From positions 1 through 35,957 of the forward strand of contig CAYYXJ010000006.1 of assembly GCA_964475455.1 (NCBI GenBank): a DNA stretch of 35,957 nt, read 5' to 3'. Made by a program: the position numbers and the translations under genes. Positions 26,856 to 35,861 of this stretch are shown one piece after another (within the stretch, counting starts at the first letter, position 1; each line of letters starts with the position of its first letter). The stretch is from an uncultured Clostridiaceae bacterium. Its GTDB lineage: Bacteria; Bacillota; Clostridia; DUPQ01. A model generated the notes under the pieces. The model searched no databases, had not been told where the DNA came from, and worked only from the letters and a program-made list of their open reading frames with translations.

Positions 26856-27704
26856 TCACTGCATTTTTGCCAGGTACCTGGCCGTTTTACTGAGTAAAAT
26901 CAATACATCACCATACAGTTCCACCGGAAACCCTTTATAAAAAGCATCAGCTTCCAGGGTCATGTCACCCTCGTATCCTATTTCATTCAGGGCTTTGGTT
27001 ATTTCATTGAAATCTATACTTCTGGAAAACGGAATGGTATGGAGGTCAGTTATACCGTCGTTGTCGTGTATGTGAAGGCACCTGAGCCGCTCCTTGCCGA
27101 GTTTTCTTATCATATCCGGGGCACTTTCGCCTACTAAACCGCAATGGCCTACATCGAGGCATACCACGGCATACTCACTGTCAAGGGAGTCAACATAGTC
27201 TATCAATTCCTCAGCATCTGAACAAACATTTTTTATCAGGACATCTTTTTCCGGATCCCAGCCGAACATATTCTCCAGTGCCAGTTTGACATTATGTTTT
27301 TTTGCATGAGGTAAAAGTGACCGGAAAAATTCCATATTTGCCTGCTTCTTGTCAACCGAAACATAAAAAGGATGAACCACCATATATTCAGCACCAAGAA
27401 TCGAAGTTGCTTCTATGGATTTTATTATCAAGGGCTTAACCCATTCATTGTATGTGTCATCCCCTTCCTTAAATGATCCAAATGGAGCATGTGTTTGGTT
27501 GAATTTTACACCATATGAGTCAGCAATGGCTTTCACAGCCTTAAGTTTTTCGAGGTAACCTTCCTCTTCAATGTAAAGGCTTCCGTTTACCCCTGAAAAC
27601 AGCGAATGGTCTATGCAGTCAAAACCTGCTTCACATATCATTTGAACAGCTTTTTCAATTCCGAATTCATCGGTCAGTCTTAGTGTCAGTGTTGAAGTCT
27701 TCAT
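26856..27704 (-). CDS. Sugar phosphate isomerase/epimerase (xylose-isomerase-like TIM barrel) family protein
   Basis: 282 aa with the pattern typical of this family: YMVVHP, KLALENM, VCLDVGH, LHIHDND (metal-ligand-bearing strands). Confidence 0.75.
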   Translation of the reverse strand: MKTSTLTLRLTDEFGIEKAVQMICEAGFDCIDHSLFSGVNGSLYIEEEGYLEKLKAVKAIADSYGVKFNQTHAPFGSFKEGDDTYNEWVKPLIIKSIEATSILGAEYMVVHPFYVSVDKKQANMEFFRSLLPHAKKHNVKLALENMFGWDPEKDVLIKNVCSDAEELIDYVDSLDSEYAVVCLDVGHCGLVGESAPDMIRKLGKERLRCLHIHDNDGITDLHTIPFSRSIDFNEITKALNEIGYEGDMTLEADAFYKGFPVELYGDVLILLSKTARYLAKMQ

Positions 27705-27743
27705 AATATCTCCCGTTGTATTTTATTGTCCATAATAAATATA

Positions 27744-27767
27744 CACCATTACCCCGCAGGGATGGTG
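27744..27767 (-). terminator. Rho-independent terminator candidate after the DUF1858-DUF438-PAS operon
   Basis: The reverse strand reads CACCATCCC-TGCG-GGG(TA)ATGGTG (9 bp with a 2-nt bulge), followed by TATATTTATTATGG. Confidence 0.5.
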
Positions 27768-27811
27768 CATATTTTAAAATTGATTCATTTATATAGGCAA
27801 CTAAACTGCAG

Positions 27812-28930
27812 CTAGAGTCTTTTTTCGCCTTCCAGCCTTTGTATCTGCGTAATGTCCTGGGTTATTTCAAGGGTTCCAAGATAATTTCCCGAGCCGTCCC
27901 TGACTGCACTGTACTTGATCAAGACCTTTTTGCCATGATGTTCTATCCAGAACTCCGCAATATTGCTTTCATTATTTTTAAAACCCTCAAGGATAGCAGT
28001 TACTGCATCCATGCTTTTTGGTGGATGGCAGTTCTGAACCTTTCTGCCAATAACCGATCCCGAACGCGGGAATATCCTTTCACCTTCTGAAAAAAATGCG
28101 ACTTCATCCTTTTCGTTTACGAAAGTTATATCAAATGGCAGAGACCGCAGTACCCCGTCAAGCTGCTGCTTGTTCAATCCCCCGTTTGAAGTTAGTGTAT
28201 GCTTTTCCGGGTCCAAAGAGCGCTCAACAAAGGCATATCCAAAGACATCAGCCTGTATTTGCATGCCATCCATGACCTCCTGCGGAATCCATGATGCAGC
28301 CGCCGGAAAAAGCAGAAGCTCCTGTTTTTGAACCAGCCCGTAGAACATGAAATAAAGCTCTCCCAGTAATTCAACAAACCGTCTTTGTGATACCTGCTCA
28401 CCTTCAAAAAGCATCCTGGCATCACGGACCATTCCTCGGGCTTTGTCATGCATGGCCCAAAGCATTGCAAGACCTTCAAACATTGAATCTCTTTTTTCAA
28501 GTTCAGGGAATAGAATATTCTCAAGTTTCAATAACTGAACATTGTAATCTGAAAGTTTGCCAATAAAATAAAGCCACCCGCTTCGTTGCGGCGCATCGGT
28601 GCTTTTTCCCCTGGATTCTTTATACTCTTCAAGATGCTTTACCAAACCTATGTTTTCTTCCATCAGATAGTACAAAAAGGTCCCCTCTGCAGGTTTTTCC
28701 CATTGGTATAAGGATAATTTGTTGTGAAGCAGATTCATGGCCTTGCCTATCACAGGCAACATATCCTCTGGTTTGCCTGATTCCTGCATCAGTCTGTGCA
28801 TTACCCGAAAAACATCATCAGGCAGTACGGGCAGACTGCTCTTTGAAAGATTGCCATAGACCTCCTTTATCGGCTCGCCGTTTTTCATCTTGCTGATCAA
28901 AGAATAAATTGTATCTTCGGACAATCCCAC
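27812..28930 (-). CDS. PAS-domain sensor protein, paralog of the DUF438 protein (divergent N-terminus)
   Basis: The C-terminal 120 aa match the upstream gene almost block for block: DITFVNEKDEVAFFSEGERIF.R...IGRKVQNCHPPKS...FWIEHHGKKVLIKYSAVRD..GNYLGTLEITQDITQIQRLEGEKRL. GTG start with an AGGGGG RBS. Confidence 0.6.
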   Translation of the reverse strand: MGLSEDTIYSLISKMKNGEPIKEVYGNLSKSSLPVLPDDVFRVMHRLMQESGKPEDMLPVIGKAMNLLHNKLSLYQWEKPAEGTFLYYLMEENIGLVKHLEEYKESRGKSTDAPQRSGWLYFIGKLSDYNVQLLKLENILFPELEKRDSMFEGLAMLWAMHDKARGMVRDARMLFEGEQVSQRRFVELLGELYFMFYGLVQKQELLLFPAAASWIPQEVMDGMQIQADVFGYAFVERSLDPEKHTLTSNGGLNKQQLDGVLRSLPFDITFVNEKDEVAFFSEGERIFPRSGSVIGRKVQNCHPPKSMDAVTAILEGFKNNESNIAEFWIEHHGKKVLIKYSAVRDGSGNYLGTLEITQDITQIQRLEGEKRL

Positions 28931-28960
28931 ATCAACCCCCTATGAATATTGAACAACAGA

Positions 28961-30223
28961 TTATGACATCAGTCGTTTTTCACCTTCCAGCTCAGTTATG
29001 TTCTTTATGTCCTGGGTTACTTCCAGAACACCGAGAAACTCATTTTTCTTGTTCCTGACAGCAAAATACCTTATGTATACAAAGGCCTCGCCCATATGTA
29101 TCCAGAAATCTTCATGGTCCTTCCTGCCCGCACGTAAATCCTCAACAATCTTCTCCACGACATCAACACTCTTCGGAGGGTGACAATGCTTTACTTCCCT
29201 TCCGATGATGGTTACGGGCCTTTCGAAAATGCGTTCCTTACCCTGGGTGAAGTATTTAACCCTGTTGTCAGCTCCTACAAAAGTCATATCAAGGGGAACG
29301 GTATTAAGTATAGAATTCACTTCTTCAGCGGTCAGCATTCCTGCATCAAAGGCTATTTTAGACACAGAGTCCTTACCAACAAAGTCGGGACCACCAGGTT
29401 TAACTTCGGTTGGTTTTTCATTCTTCCCATTATCAGCCGGGTTTTCGGGCTGCCATCTTTTCACACTATCAATAAGGGTGTAACCGGCTGCTTCGCCCGA
29501 TTTTTCTATATCAACCCATTCTGAATCCGTGAATAAATCAGCTATCATAGGAATCATTATTTCTTCTTCCTTGAAGATCATATCCTTGATGCGAACAGAA
29601 AGACTCTGGATGTCATCAAGTGTCTTACCGGGATTGGTTTCACCGGATAACAGGCCTTCAATGACTTCCTTGAGTTCTTCCCTTATTTCATCATCCACAC
29701 CCCACATGACCTGAGGCGGTGCAGTTATGTTATATTTCTCCATGAATGGAAATATGTGGTTTTCCTTGCGGCTGTAATGCACATCAATGGTCTGAAGTCT
29801 TTTAAGTGAAACAAGTAGCTTTTCCTTGTTTTCCTTTGAGCTGTCAACAAGATAGTCCCCTGCATTTATCATGACAACATCGTCAATCAAGTTCTCAATG
29901 GCGCGGTTTTCCGCTTTGATAGTATGAATTGGATGACCTTCCCTGTCCCATGGCTTTGCTACATTAGTAACTGCATGAATTTCCTCGATGGATCCCTTGA
30001 ACACAGCCGCATGCACATCACAAAGCCGCTGTATTTCTGAAACCGGCATTCCCTCATTCACCAACGCCTGTTCCATCTCGGTTATTTCGGTAGGTGAAAC
30101 ATTGATTGTAAGTTTGTTGAAATCTTCCTTGACCGATTCTACGGATTCTCCGTCATGGAGCCTTTTAATTAACTCCCCAAGCTTCTTCTTCTTAAACTCC
30201 CTGTTATTGATCAGTTCACTCAT
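28961..30223 (-). CDS. DUF438 / hemerythrin-like / PAS domain protein
   Basis: N-terminal DUF438-type block (KKKLGELIKRLHDGESVESVKEDF...ISPTEITEMEQALVNEGMPVSEIQRLCDVHAAVFKG). C-terminal PAS-like block (DMTFVGADNRVKYFTQGKERIF...CHPPKSV...EGEKRL). Confidence 0.7.
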   Translation of the reverse strand: MSELINNREFKKKKLGELIKRLHDGESVESVKEDFNKLTINVSPTEITEMEQALVNEGMPVSEIQRLCDVHAAVFKGSIEEIHAVTNVAKPWDREGHPIHTIKAENRAIENLIDDVVMINAGDYLVDSSKENKEKLLVSLKRLQTIDVHYSRKENHIFPFMEKYNITAPPQVMWGVDDEIREELKEVIEGLLSGETNPGKTLDDIQSLSVRIKDMIFKEEEIMIPMIADLFTDSEWVDIEKSGEAAGYTLIDSVKRWQPENPADNGKNEKPTEVKPGGPDFVGKDSVSKIAFDAGMLTAEEVNSILNTVPLDMTFVGADNRVKYFTQGKERIFERPVTIIGREVKHCHPPKSVDVVEKIVEDLRAGRKDHEDFWIHMGEAFVYIRYFAVRNKKNEFLGVLEVTQDIKNITELEGEKRLMS

Positions 30224-30224
30224 A

Positions 30225-30458
30225 TCATTTCTCCCTTATCAAAAATCCATGTCTTTCAAACAACACCTTCAGTTCTTCAATATCAATTCCCTTCATCAAG
30301 GCCCCTTTTTTGATAGTCATCACACGACCTGCACTTTGCAGCATTCCGGGCATGGTAATATTCCCAAATCCCGCTTCAACCATAATATCCTTTATCACAG
30401 GATACTTTTTTACCAATTCAAATACTGTTTCATCAGAGCCTATGTCAATCAAATACAC
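30225..30458 (-). CDS. DUF1858-like small protein
   Basis: 77 aa (VFELVKKYPVIKDIMVEAGFGNI...MTIKKGALMKGIDIEELKVLFERHGF), immediately upstream of the DUF438 gene, which is the usual pairing. The true start may be TTG 30452, 5 nt after GAGGTGA. Confidence 0.65.
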   Translation of the reverse strand: MYLIDIGSDETVFELVKKYPVIKDIMVEAGFGNITMPGMLQSAGRVMTIKKGALMKGIDIEELKVLFERHGFLIREK

Positions 30459-30513
30459 TCACCTCAATACAACATATTTACCCTTAACACCTTGCTTTAT
30501 GCCTTTATCGCCT

Positions 30514-30534
30514 AAATAATCCCTGGGATTATTT
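30514..30534. repeat. Perfect 10-1-10 palindrome AAATAATCCC-T-GGGATTATTT between the hydrolase gene and the DUF1858 gene (operator or hairpin terminator candidate)
   Basis: I verified all 10 arm positions pairwise. It lies about 40 nt after the hydrolase stop and about 55 nt upstream of the DUF1858 start. Confidence 0.5.
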
Positions 30535-30574
30535 CGCCCTCCAGGTGTTATTGGGGTTTGTTAAGAGTTTTTCG

Positions 30575-31972
30575 TTAAGGAGTATAGTTCACCTTAAATA
30601 CCAATTCATGTTCACTCATCAGTGAATCAGTTTTATCTTCCTCATCAAGTAGCCAATGGTTCATGAAATTGGCAATGAAGGCTTGTTGGATAGCTGCACT
30701 TTCAAATCCCTTGGGTTCGCCGCTGATTCCCAGTATTCCCGGTATCGGCCCCATTTGATACAGCATGGAGAAATCCTGATGTTTGGATCCTGTTATCTCA
30801 TAGCTTGTAATATCAGCAGATTCATTACCGGTCAATATCTTAATATAGTCCTCATTGATACCCCCGGTCCAGCTGCTGCTTCTAAAAAACATAGCAGGTT
30901 GAGATAATCCATATGAAAGCATCCCTTCACCTATCGGTTCAACCCAGGGATCCAGGCCTATGACTACATCAATCATTGGATTTTCAATTGCCTGCTTTAC
31001 TACACCGCCGCCGCCTGTAGAGTGACCGATGACACCAACACGTTCCAAATCAATGCGGCCTTTAAAGAAATCCGACTGGTCGTTCAGATATACGATGTGG
31101 TCTAGTACCATACCGGCATCCTTTGAGTAAGTATCGACTAAATTTCCTGCATAAGTAAGAAATGAATCAGTTTTGTCTCTGTCAGGCAATGCATTGCGGT
31201 CTACGGTGGCTTCACTGCCGTCATCAAACACCAGTCCTATTGATCCATAAGTATGATCAATGCTGATGGCCAGGTATCCCATGCTGGCAAACATTTCTCC
31301 AAGGTCTGTATGCAGGTTTCTAAAGCCTGTCCAACCGTGGGAAATTATAACCACAGGCATCTTTGAAATACTACTGTCAAGAGGTGCATCCACATAGCTG
31401 TTTGAACTTATCAGAGTAATATTGTCATATAGAAAAGTGGGGACATTATAACCTTCAAGCAGCTGCCTGGGCACTATGGTGCCGTCTTGTATCCAGGGAG
31501 CCTTCGGACCCTTGCTATCGCTGTTTGCCGGATACCACATCTGGATTCGGATTTTCCTTGCATCCCCTTCCCTGTCGCCATAAAGCTCTGTTCTCGATTC
31601 ATCTGTCAAATCATAGGTCAGGGTACCAACTTTATATGGACCTATGGGTTTTTGCATGTCATTTACAGGAAAAAGAACGAGTAAAACCAAGGTTAAGACT
31701 CCCATGAAAATACCTGTGATATAAATCCACCGTTTCATATGCATTGATTTTTTACTTGCTGTAAGGTCAGCCTTTATATGACAAAAAACTATACATACAA
31801 TTATGAGATATATACCGTACATCTGCCATCTCTGACCTTCAATAATTATCTGCAGGACAACCGGTACTACGATTCCATATTCCCATATTGGTGGAGTGCG
31901 CCTGCTGCGCATCATTCTTTCAATAATGATGCCTAAAACAAACAGGACGGTGATAATTTCAAATACTCTCAT
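30575..31972 (-). CDS. Membrane-anchored alpha/beta hydrolase (PAF-acetylhydrolase-like / dienelactone-hydrolase-like)
   Basis: Three to four N-terminal hydrophobic segments, then a hydrolase domain with the nucleophile elbow VIGHSTGGGG (GxSxG) and a PVVIISHGW oxyanion-region block. Confidence 0.7.
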   Translation of the reverse strand: MRVFEIITVLFVLGIIIERMMRSRRTPPIWEYGIVVPVVLQIIIEGQRWQMYGIYLIIVCIVFCHIKADLTASKKSMHMKRWIYITGIFMGVLTLVLLVLFPVNDMQKPIGPYKVGTLTYDLTDESRTELYGDREGDARKIRIQMWYPANSDSKGPKAPWIQDGTIVPRQLLEGYNVPTFLYDNITLISSNSYVDAPLDSSISKMPVVIISHGWTGFRNLHTDLGEMFASMGYLAISIDHTYGSIGLVFDDGSEATVDRNALPDRDKTDSFLTYAGNLVDTYSKDAGMVLDHIVYLNDQSDFFKGRIDLERVGVIGHSTGGGGVVKQAIENPMIDVVIGLDPWVEPIGEGMLSYGLSQPAMFFRSSSWTGGINEDYIKILTGNESADITSYEITGSKHQDFSMLYQMGPIPGILGISGEPKGFESAAIQQAFIANFMNHWLLDEEDKTDSLMSEHELVFKVNYTP

Positions 31973-31990
31973 ATGTTTCTCTTTCTGTCG

Positions 31991-33016
31991 TTAATTTAAA
32001 TTACCGCAGCAGTTCTTATATTTTTTACCTGAACCACATGGACATAAATCATTTCGCCCGGGTTTTTGAGTTTTGCCCTTACCGGCACTTATTGAAACAA
32101 CATTTCCCTTATCTATATCAGCTAAGTTCCGCAGCATGCTGATGCGCAGTTCTTCAGACGGAAAATCCATTTCCATTATTTCCCTTCGAAGCTCATTGAC
32201 ATCCCATTCCCCATCCTGCAATTTTTTTCGGATATTCGGCCCAAAGTTCAGTGAGGTGGGCATTCTGTCCTTAGGGTTTGTCATACTGGCTATTTCAAAG
32301 GGAGTATGGCCTCTGTTGATAGCCATTCTTGTATTGTTATGTAAATCATTATAGATTTCCATAAACCTTTTCACTCTTTTTTCACTGTCAAACTCCAGTT
32401 TTTCGCGGGTTAATTCCTTAAAAAAACGGTCTATGATTCCCGTGGGAGTATACTCCGGCATCAAGAGCATTGTAATTAAATCAAACAAAAGATCCTCTGT
32501 TGTTTCATCATCAGGGTTTCTTCCGTCCCTGTAAGTGAGCTCATTTTTTATAAAGCTATACATCGCCTTTGTGTAGCGTGTTTCTTCATGATAAAAATGA
32601 TCAGCATACTTCAGCAGCTCTTTTTTGGGTGGTATATAAAATGGCTTGTCGACCTGTCTGTCAACAGTATAATAGTAGTCATCAAAATCTATGCATATAA
32701 GGGATTCGTGGATGATTTCCCGCTCAATATCTTTTTCTGTGGTTGCATCACTATACAAGTCCTCGAGTCCAAGTATTAGATAATTCTGATTCTCTCTTCT
32801 GACTATATTGGAAAACTCCGTGAACTTTTCTTCACTTATAAGGTTTTTGTTCTGCTTTTTGATTATTGAATATGCCTTGCTAAGTTTTATAACACCATAC
32901 AAATTGGCCATGGCATCAAAATAGCTGTGAAGTAAATCAACTGTTTCCCGGGGCAATGCCAGCTTACTATAAAGCCTCTTTAATGTACTCTCAGCATACG
33001 GTTTTGGAAATGCCAT
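31991..33016 (-). CDS. SEC-C motif domain protein of unknown function
   Basis: C-terminal GRNDLCPCGSGKKYKNCCG (SEC-C metal-binding motif). Start moved to ATG 33016 (MAFPKPY), preceded by GGAGGT with a 7-nt spacer; the track start is a TTG inside the RBS. Confidence 0.7.
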   Translation of the reverse strand: MAFPKPYAESTLKRLYSKLALPRETVDLLHSYFDAMANLYGVIKLSKAYSIIKKQNKNLISEEKFTEFSNIVRRENQNYLILGLEDLYSDATTEKDIEREIIHESLICIDFDDYYYTVDRQVDKPFYIPPKKELLKYADHFYHEETRYTKAMYSFIKNELTYRDGRNPDDETTEDLLFDLITMLLMPEYTPTGIIDRFFKELTREKLEFDSEKRVKRFMEIYNDLHNNTRMAINRGHTPFEIASMTNPKDRMPTSLNFGPNIRKKLQDGEWDVNELRREIMEMDFPSEELRISMLRNLADIDKGNVVSISAGKGKTQKPGRNDLCPCGSGKKYKNCCGNLN

Positions 33017-33087
33017 TTCTTTTACCTCCAAATGGATTTTTATTAATATATCTCATACATCTGCTTTTTTCTACCCAACCGGTAAAT

Positions 33088-34242
33088 TTATATACTCTTA
33101 AATTCCTTGTCAATTGCCTTGAAGTCCAGTGGATATTTGCCAAAGTCCTTTAACAGTTCAACCATATATTCATAGCTTTCGGGGCCTACGCCGCTTGAAA
33201 CAGAATGGTCGGACTGACAGATCCATCCGCCCCCGGCTGATGCCCTGATTTTTCTAAGCACCTCTTTTCTTATTCTGTCTCTATCCCCTGACTCCAGTTC
33301 CCTGACATCAATGTTTCCAACGAATGCCAGCTTTCCTTTGTAATCTTCCCTAAGTTCAGTTATATCAAGATGAGCCTTTGCCTCAACAGGATTATACCCA
33401 TCAAGTCCCATGTCTATGAAATCGCTGTAAATTGCCCTTGCATCACCGCAACCATGGTAAATGACCATAAGTCCCGCTTCCTTACATGTTCGGATATACT
33501 TTTCGGTCCATGGTTTAAACAGTTCCCTCCAGATTTCGGGGCTGAACATCATGCCGTTTACATATGCAACATCACCCCAGATGTACATGCCGTCAATCTG
33601 ACCCTTCAGCAAATCTATCTGCGCCTCCAGAATCTTTTGCATGAATGCCCCGGCTCTGTCAATAAAAGCTTTTAGTTTTTCAGGTTCAAGAACCATCCAG
33701 TAAAGTGAATTTTCTGTTCCTATTATTCTCCAGATGAATTCATACATTTCACATACAGACCCAAACATGCAAAAATCATCCTTATATGAATTGAACCTGT
33801 CTGTGAAACTTGGTATTCCAAAGGATATTGCATCACCCAGACAGTTAAGCTGGTCGGCTCCTGACCGGCCCAATCGCCCTGCTATATCAGTATCATCAAA
33901 CTCAAATTTAGCCATGTCCTCAGGTGTCTTTATGGCAAATTCCTCGAAATGAGGCATTGGTAAATCACCTCTTCGGCGAACGGTGGCCTCAAAGCCGGTT
34001 TTTACAACGATGTCGTCCCCATTTTTTTCGATTATCTCAAAATCCTTAAGATGCGGATCCATGTTGGGGTTCACTACAACATAATCAAGATCAAAATGCC
34101 TGTATGGGTCAAAATCAGTTCCCCACTTTAATTTTGCATTTTTAGCAAACCCGGTCCAAAAGAAATCACTCACGGGAATGCGGTCATATTCTCTGTGGTT
34201 TAGTGCTGCTTTTACCCTTTTACATTTTTCAATCCTGCTCAT
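33088..34242 (-). CDS. Uroporphyrinogen decarboxylase (URO-D) family protein (MtaA/CmuA-like methyltransferase-type paralog)
   Basis: Length and blocks (VIYHGCGDARAIYSDFIDMGLDGYNPVE, LAFVGNID) are typical of URO-D family proteins of anaerobes. RBS AGGGGG. Confidence 0.65.
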   Translation of the reverse strand: MSRIEKCKRVKAALNHREYDRIPVSDFFWTGFAKNAKLKWGTDFDPYRHFDLDYVVVNPNMDPHLKDFEIIEKNGDDIVVKTGFEATVRRRGDLPMPHFEEFAIKTPEDMAKFEFDDTDIAGRLGRSGADQLNCLGDAISFGIPSFTDRFNSYKDDFCMFGSVCEMYEFIWRIIGTENSLYWMVLEPEKLKAFIDRAGAFMQKILEAQIDLLKGQIDGMYIWGDVAYVNGMMFSPEIWRELFKPWTEKYIRTCKEAGLMVIYHGCGDARAIYSDFIDMGLDGYNPVEAKAHLDITELREDYKGKLAFVGNIDVRELESGDRDRIRKEVLRKIRASAGGGWICQSDHSVSSGVGPESYEYMVELLKDFGKYPLDFKAIDKEFKSI

Positions 34243-34263
34243 GCATTACCCCCTGCAGTTCTA

Positions 34264-35175
34264 CTAATTATGTGTCTTTGGTTTAATTATATCAGCCGAC
34301 TCAATGGTTGCGGGTAGTTTTAGCATTCCTCCGAGAATATAGTTGTAATCCGGAGGCTCCCAGTTTATTAATCCACTGGCACCATGCTGAGTGAACTCAC
34401 CGACAAAAGTTTTACCCTCTATTAAATACATGTCCATACGAATAAAGTTAAATGGCTTGGATAATTCACTCACAATCCTCACCAATTCGTCAAACCCCTC
34501 CGGCTTATCCAGTTTTTCAATCAGTCGGTATTTCTCATGTGCCCGGACTGGATTTAGTTCCATATCAAAAAAACTATAGTTCTTTCGGCCTTCGGTTGCA
34601 AATGACACAAAGAAAATAAATGGTTTGCCTTCAAAGCACATGAACTTGTAGTTAAGAGGCAGTCCGTAGTCCTTGTCCTCCATGTATTTTTCACAAAGAA
34701 GCTTCCTCTTTATGCCCTTGTACTGCCACTCCCTGTGCTCAAAATAGTAGTCATATCTCATCCATTGCCGAATTGTCTTTTTCAACTCCCTATGGTTAAT
34801 ATTATTTTTATCTTCGCAAAAGAAAATATCACCTGAACTGTGATTGGGCTTTAGTACAAACTTATCAGGCAGGCTTTCAAAATCGATGTCTTCATATCTG
34901 TCATAAACCCCCAGAAGCGGGAACATGTACCCATCCCCTATTTTTTCTGCTACATAGTTCCTGACCAATAATTTATCTGCGATGATTCTATAAATTGGGT
35001 TTCTGTCATGAAGCTTGAGCCACTGGAGTTTTTCGCTGTAGGTTTTTGGATTCCTTAAATCAGGCCAGGTTTTGAATATCCTCCTGTAATCCAGTGAAAT
35101 ATATATTCTGTCGGGTATCAATCGCCCGAGCCCATATCGCAAGAACCTGCCCCAGAAAGATTTTCCGTGTGTCAT
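34264..35175 (-). CDS. TupA-type ATP-grasp fold amidoligase (stand-alone)
   Basis: EKLQWLKLHDRNPIY, FVLKPNHSSGD, REWQYKG, NYKFMCFEGKP, IRMDMYLIEGKTFVGEFTQHGASG. Roughly 55-60 percent identical by eye to the C-terminal domain of 10107..12293. RBS GGCGGAG. Confidence 0.8.
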   Translation of the reverse strand: MTHGKSFWGRFLRYGLGRLIPDRIYISLDYRRIFKTWPDLRNPKTYSEKLQWLKLHDRNPIYRIIADKLLVRNYVAEKIGDGYMFPLLGVYDRYEDIDFESLPDKFVLKPNHSSGDIFFCEDKNNINHRELKKTIRQWMRYDYYFEHREWQYKGIKRKLLCEKYMEDKDYGLPLNYKFMCFEGKPFIFFVSFATEGRKNYSFFDMELNPVRAHEKYRLIEKLDKPEGFDELVRIVSELSKPFNFIRMDMYLIEGKTFVGEFTQHGASGLINWEPPDYNYILGGMLKLPATIESADIIKPKTHN

Positions 35176-35205
35176 AAAAAAATCTCCGCCAACCCTTTTA
35201 AATCA

Positions 35206-35226
35206 CTTTTTCGATATCGCAAAAAG
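35206..35226. repeat. Near-perfect palindrome CTTTTT-CGATATCG-(C)-AAAAAG in the spacer between the ATP-grasp fragment and the TupA-type ATP-grasp gene
   Basis: 6-bp outer arms plus a self-complementary CGATATCG core, with one unpaired C. Confidence 0.4.
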
Positions 35227-35263
35227 CTTATTTCATTTTTCTTTGAATACAAATTCCAATACT

Positions 35264-35830
35264 TTATCTGTCATGATTCCAAACAGCGGACCATTGTTTA
35301 GCTGTTGCTGCACCTTCACCGGGCACAATGAATTCAATCTTTCTTCCACCGCCTGAAATCAGTGTGGGCTTTATTACTATTTCTCTGGTTCCGGAACAGA
35401 AATCGATTGCTTTTTCTTTGGTAATCAGTTCGAAGTCTGAAGTTAAGAACATGCCGTTTACGTTCCTTATAACCGTGGCGGGTCTTTTAAAATCAGGCAT
35501 AAGCAAATCAAAATTTGTTTTATCTGCCATGGTAAAAACCAATTGTTCCTTGTTAAGCGCAGGTTCTATCCTGCAGTAATACAGGTCCTCTGGAATATAC
35601 CTTACATCCTTTAACCCATTCCTGCTGGAATACCACCTATGCCAGTCTTTTTTTATACGAACCCCAAATTTTTGCCAGTAACTATCTATTTCTTTACTAT
35701 ATTCTAAAGACATGGAATCAGATGGTGCAAGGAATTGCCTTCTTATCTGTTTTCTGTAAAAACGCCGGTAAAACAGGTTTCTTGCCAATCTTATCGTGCC
35801 TGTTACCAGTTTTTTAACCAAGTCCTTCAT
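35264..35830 (-). CDS. N-terminal half of a sugar-transfer-associated-type ATP-grasp protein; probably a 3'-truncated remnant
   Basis: YWQKFGVRIKKDWHRWYSSRNGLKDVRYIPEDLYYCRIEPALN...ADKTNFDLL...PATVIRNVNGMF...IVIKPTLISGGGRKIEF resembles, from memory, the first half of the Pfam ATPgrasp_ST family. The ORF stops about 20 aa after the glycine-rich loop and no continuation exists in any frame. Strong RBS GGGGGG. Confidence 0.4.
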   Translation of the reverse strand: MKDLVKKLVTGTIRLARNLFYRRFYRKQIRRQFLAPSDSMSLEYSKEIDSYWQKFGVRIKKDWHRWYSSRNGLKDVRYIPEDLYYCRIEPALNKEQLVFTMADKTNFDLLMPDFKRPATVIRNVNGMFLTSDFELITKEKAIDFCSGTREIVIKPTLISGGGRKIEFIVPGEGAATAKQWSAVWNHDR

Positions 35831-35861
35831 TCATTCCCCCCGTGCACGACTGCTTGATTCC

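Noticed and set aside
30225-30458. DUF1858 protein as a redox-disulfide protein
   Set aside because: The ORF contains no cysteine, so a redox-disulfide role is not supported. It is kept only as a DUF1858-like protein on overall pattern and its pairing with DUF438.
24271-30519. Antisense or alternative-frame ORFs in the right part (24271..24483, 24933..25160, 24994..25224, 25295..25501, 25534..25797, 26092..26394, 27839..28090, 28192..28524, 28998..29714, 29988..30519, and similar ones further right)
   Set aside because: These are shadow ORFs overlapping genes with clear family motifs, and there is no independent evidence for them.
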